Origin: Octopus sinensis
Lineage: Eukaryota
Direction of reading: 5' to 3'
Assembly (NCBI RefSeq): GCF_006345805.1
Contig: NW_021827135.1
Span: 1-11,098, forward strand
Length of the DNA: 11,098 nt
Below are positions 9,830 to 11,098 of the stretch, in pieces. The notes under the pieces were generated by a model. That model did no database searches, was not told the origin of the DNA, and was given only the letters and a program-made list of their open reading frames with translations. Position numbers and translations under genes: made by a program. How positions within the stretch are numbered: position 1 is the first letter of the stretch; each line of letters starts with the position of its first letter.

Positions 9830-11098
9830 ATGAGGTGTAACAAAAAGTACAAATTATATAATTTAATGCCAAATGGGAAAAAGACTATATTTTACGATGC
9901 ACATGGAAAAATGCACATGTATGCTATGCAATAAAATCATTTCATTACCAAAAAGGGGAAATCTTTGTCGGCATTTTAATTCTTACATCCCGAGTTCAAC
10001 AAACACTTTCCTTTAAATTCCTTATTACGGGAAGAGAAAGTTGAACAATTAAAAAAATCTTTTTTTCACAACATACAATTTTGAAAAAGTTTATTAATTC
10101 GTCCAGATCTACAACAATTGCATCATTGCGAGTGACTCGTCTCCTCGTAAAACACAAAAAACCTTTCACTGATGGGGAAATTTTAAAATCTTGTTTTTTG
10201 GAAGCTGCCGATTCACTATTTGATAGTATGAAAAATAAACAGGAAATTTCAAATTGCATCAAAGAGCTTCAGCTCTCAAACAGTCAATTGTCAGAAGGGC
10301 TGAAAGCATTTCTGAAAATCTTCTTTCGCAGTTAAAAAAGGATCTTTACGCATGTTCGTGTTTTTCTCTACAGTTTGACGAATCAAACGATGCTATTGAT
10401 ATCGCCCAACTATGTGTATTTTCCCGTTTAATCTTCCATGATCTAACTGTCAAGGAAGAGTTATTTGCTATTATACCTATGAGAAGAAAGAACAACTGGT
10501 GAAAATATTATAATTCTTTCAAAACGTTTTTGTATCATTCGAATTATTACCGTTAATGAAGAAACTTGTATCTATAACAACAGATGGAGCCCCTGCAATG
10601 ATTGGGAATCAAAATGGATTTATTGCATTTTGTCGGAAAGATGAACATTTTTCAAAATTTTTATCATATCATTGCATCATTCACCAACATGCATTATGTG
10701 GGAAAATGTTAAATTTCAACTATGTTATGGAGACAACAGTTAAAATTATTAATTCCATCCGAGCCAAGCCCCTACAAAGGAGATTATTTCGACTTTTTCT
10801 AGAACAAGTCGATGCAATCTATGGGGATCTACCTTTACATTGTGACATAAGATGGTTAAGCAAGGGATTAATTCTCAGTCGTTTCAGAGAATTATTATCA
10901 TACATTAAAGAATTTTCTAAAGAAAACAACAAGAATTGGCATTTTCTTGAAAATCCTGTTTGGCTAATAAACTTGGCATTTTTAACCGATATTACCAGCA
11001 AACTGAATGAACTCAATTTAGAATTACAGGGAAGAATAGATATATTATCGATATGATCAGTTCAATAAAGCTTTCATAATGAAGTTGGATTATGGATA
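9830..11098 (+). CDS. hAT (Buster/Charlie) transposase, GTF2IRD2/ZBED5/EPM2AIP1-like; multiply frameshifted as given and 3'-partial
   Basis: Hand-stitched translation: MRCNKKYKLYN/FNAKWEKDY/FTMHMEKCTCMLCNKIISLPKRGNLCRHFNS/HPEFNKHFPLNSLLREEKVEQLKKSF/SQHTILKKF…KHKKPFTDGEILKSC…LQLS/QSIVRR…FSLQFDESND…KEELFAIIPM/ERTTGENI/YNSFKTF/…KLVSITTDGAPAM…HCIIHQHALC…IRWLSKG…LAFLTDITSKLNELNLELQG/NRYIIDMISSI/AFIMKL. Catalytic Asp codons are at 10377-10379 and 10583-10585, CxxH at 10673-10684 and RW at 10850-10855. This joins ORFs 10081-10335, 10254-10502 and 10556-11056. The start at ATG 9830 is inferred. Confidence 0.9.
9874..9988 (+). other. N-terminal BED-type zinc finger of the transposase (missed by the ORF track)
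   Basis: W at 9874, then CMLC at 9918-9929, then RHFNS(L)H with His codons at 9972-9974 and 9986-9988. It needs single-base frame corrections at ~9890 and ~9984. Confidence 0.75.

Larger units (their letters stand above)
9691..11098 (+). mobile_element. hAT superfamily DNA transposon, Buster/Charlie group; left end and 5' part, truncated by the window edge
   Basis: Abrupt junction from satellite (…TTGTGTAACA) to CAGGGGTGGCCAAC, a Charlie/Buster-like terminus. It is followed by subterminal repeats and a hAT transposase. Confidence 0.92.

Noticed and set aside
9691-9842. Second GTGTAACA at 9835-9842, suggesting a 144 bp MITE flanked by a TSD
   Set aside because: No inverted copy of CAGGGGTGGCCAAC precedes it, the satellite does not resume after it, and it lies within the inferred first codons of the transposase. 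Treated as coincidence.
9996-11016. Minus-strand ORFs 9996-10262 and 10819-11016
   Set aside because: They are antisense shadows of the transposase frames with no recognisable motifs.
9830-11098. Domesticated host gene (GTF2IRD2, ZBED5, EPM2AIP1)
   Set aside because: The similarity is family-level only. A TIR, subterminal repeats and a target site 139 bp upstream of the ATG, inside a satellite, indicate a transposon, so no gene symbol is assigned.

Overview
Eukaryotic-type, AT-rich window with two parts. Bases 1-9690 are a tandem satellite array of ~85-87 bp monomers, plus derived 33 bp and ~68 bp units. These are organised into a variable-length higher-order repeat (HOR) with a conserved 722 bp core. 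At 9691 the array is interrupted mid-monomer by the left end of a Buster/Charlie-type hAT DNA transposon. It has a CAGGGGTGGCCAAC terminus, an upstream 8 bp nnnTAnnn target site and GGTCGATCG subterminal repeats. Its transposase (BED finger, two catalytic Asp, CxxH, RW) runs off the end of the window. The transposase is broken by about ten frameshifts, mostly single-base losses in homopolymers, and has no stops along the stitched path. This looks like long-read error, so the element may be intact. All ORFs in 1-9690 are judged non-coding. I see no clear new protein system. The most unusual signal is the monomer design: four 12 bp-phased PAR-bZIP/C-EBP-like palindromes plus a kappaB-like dyad. 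Any function for this is inference only.
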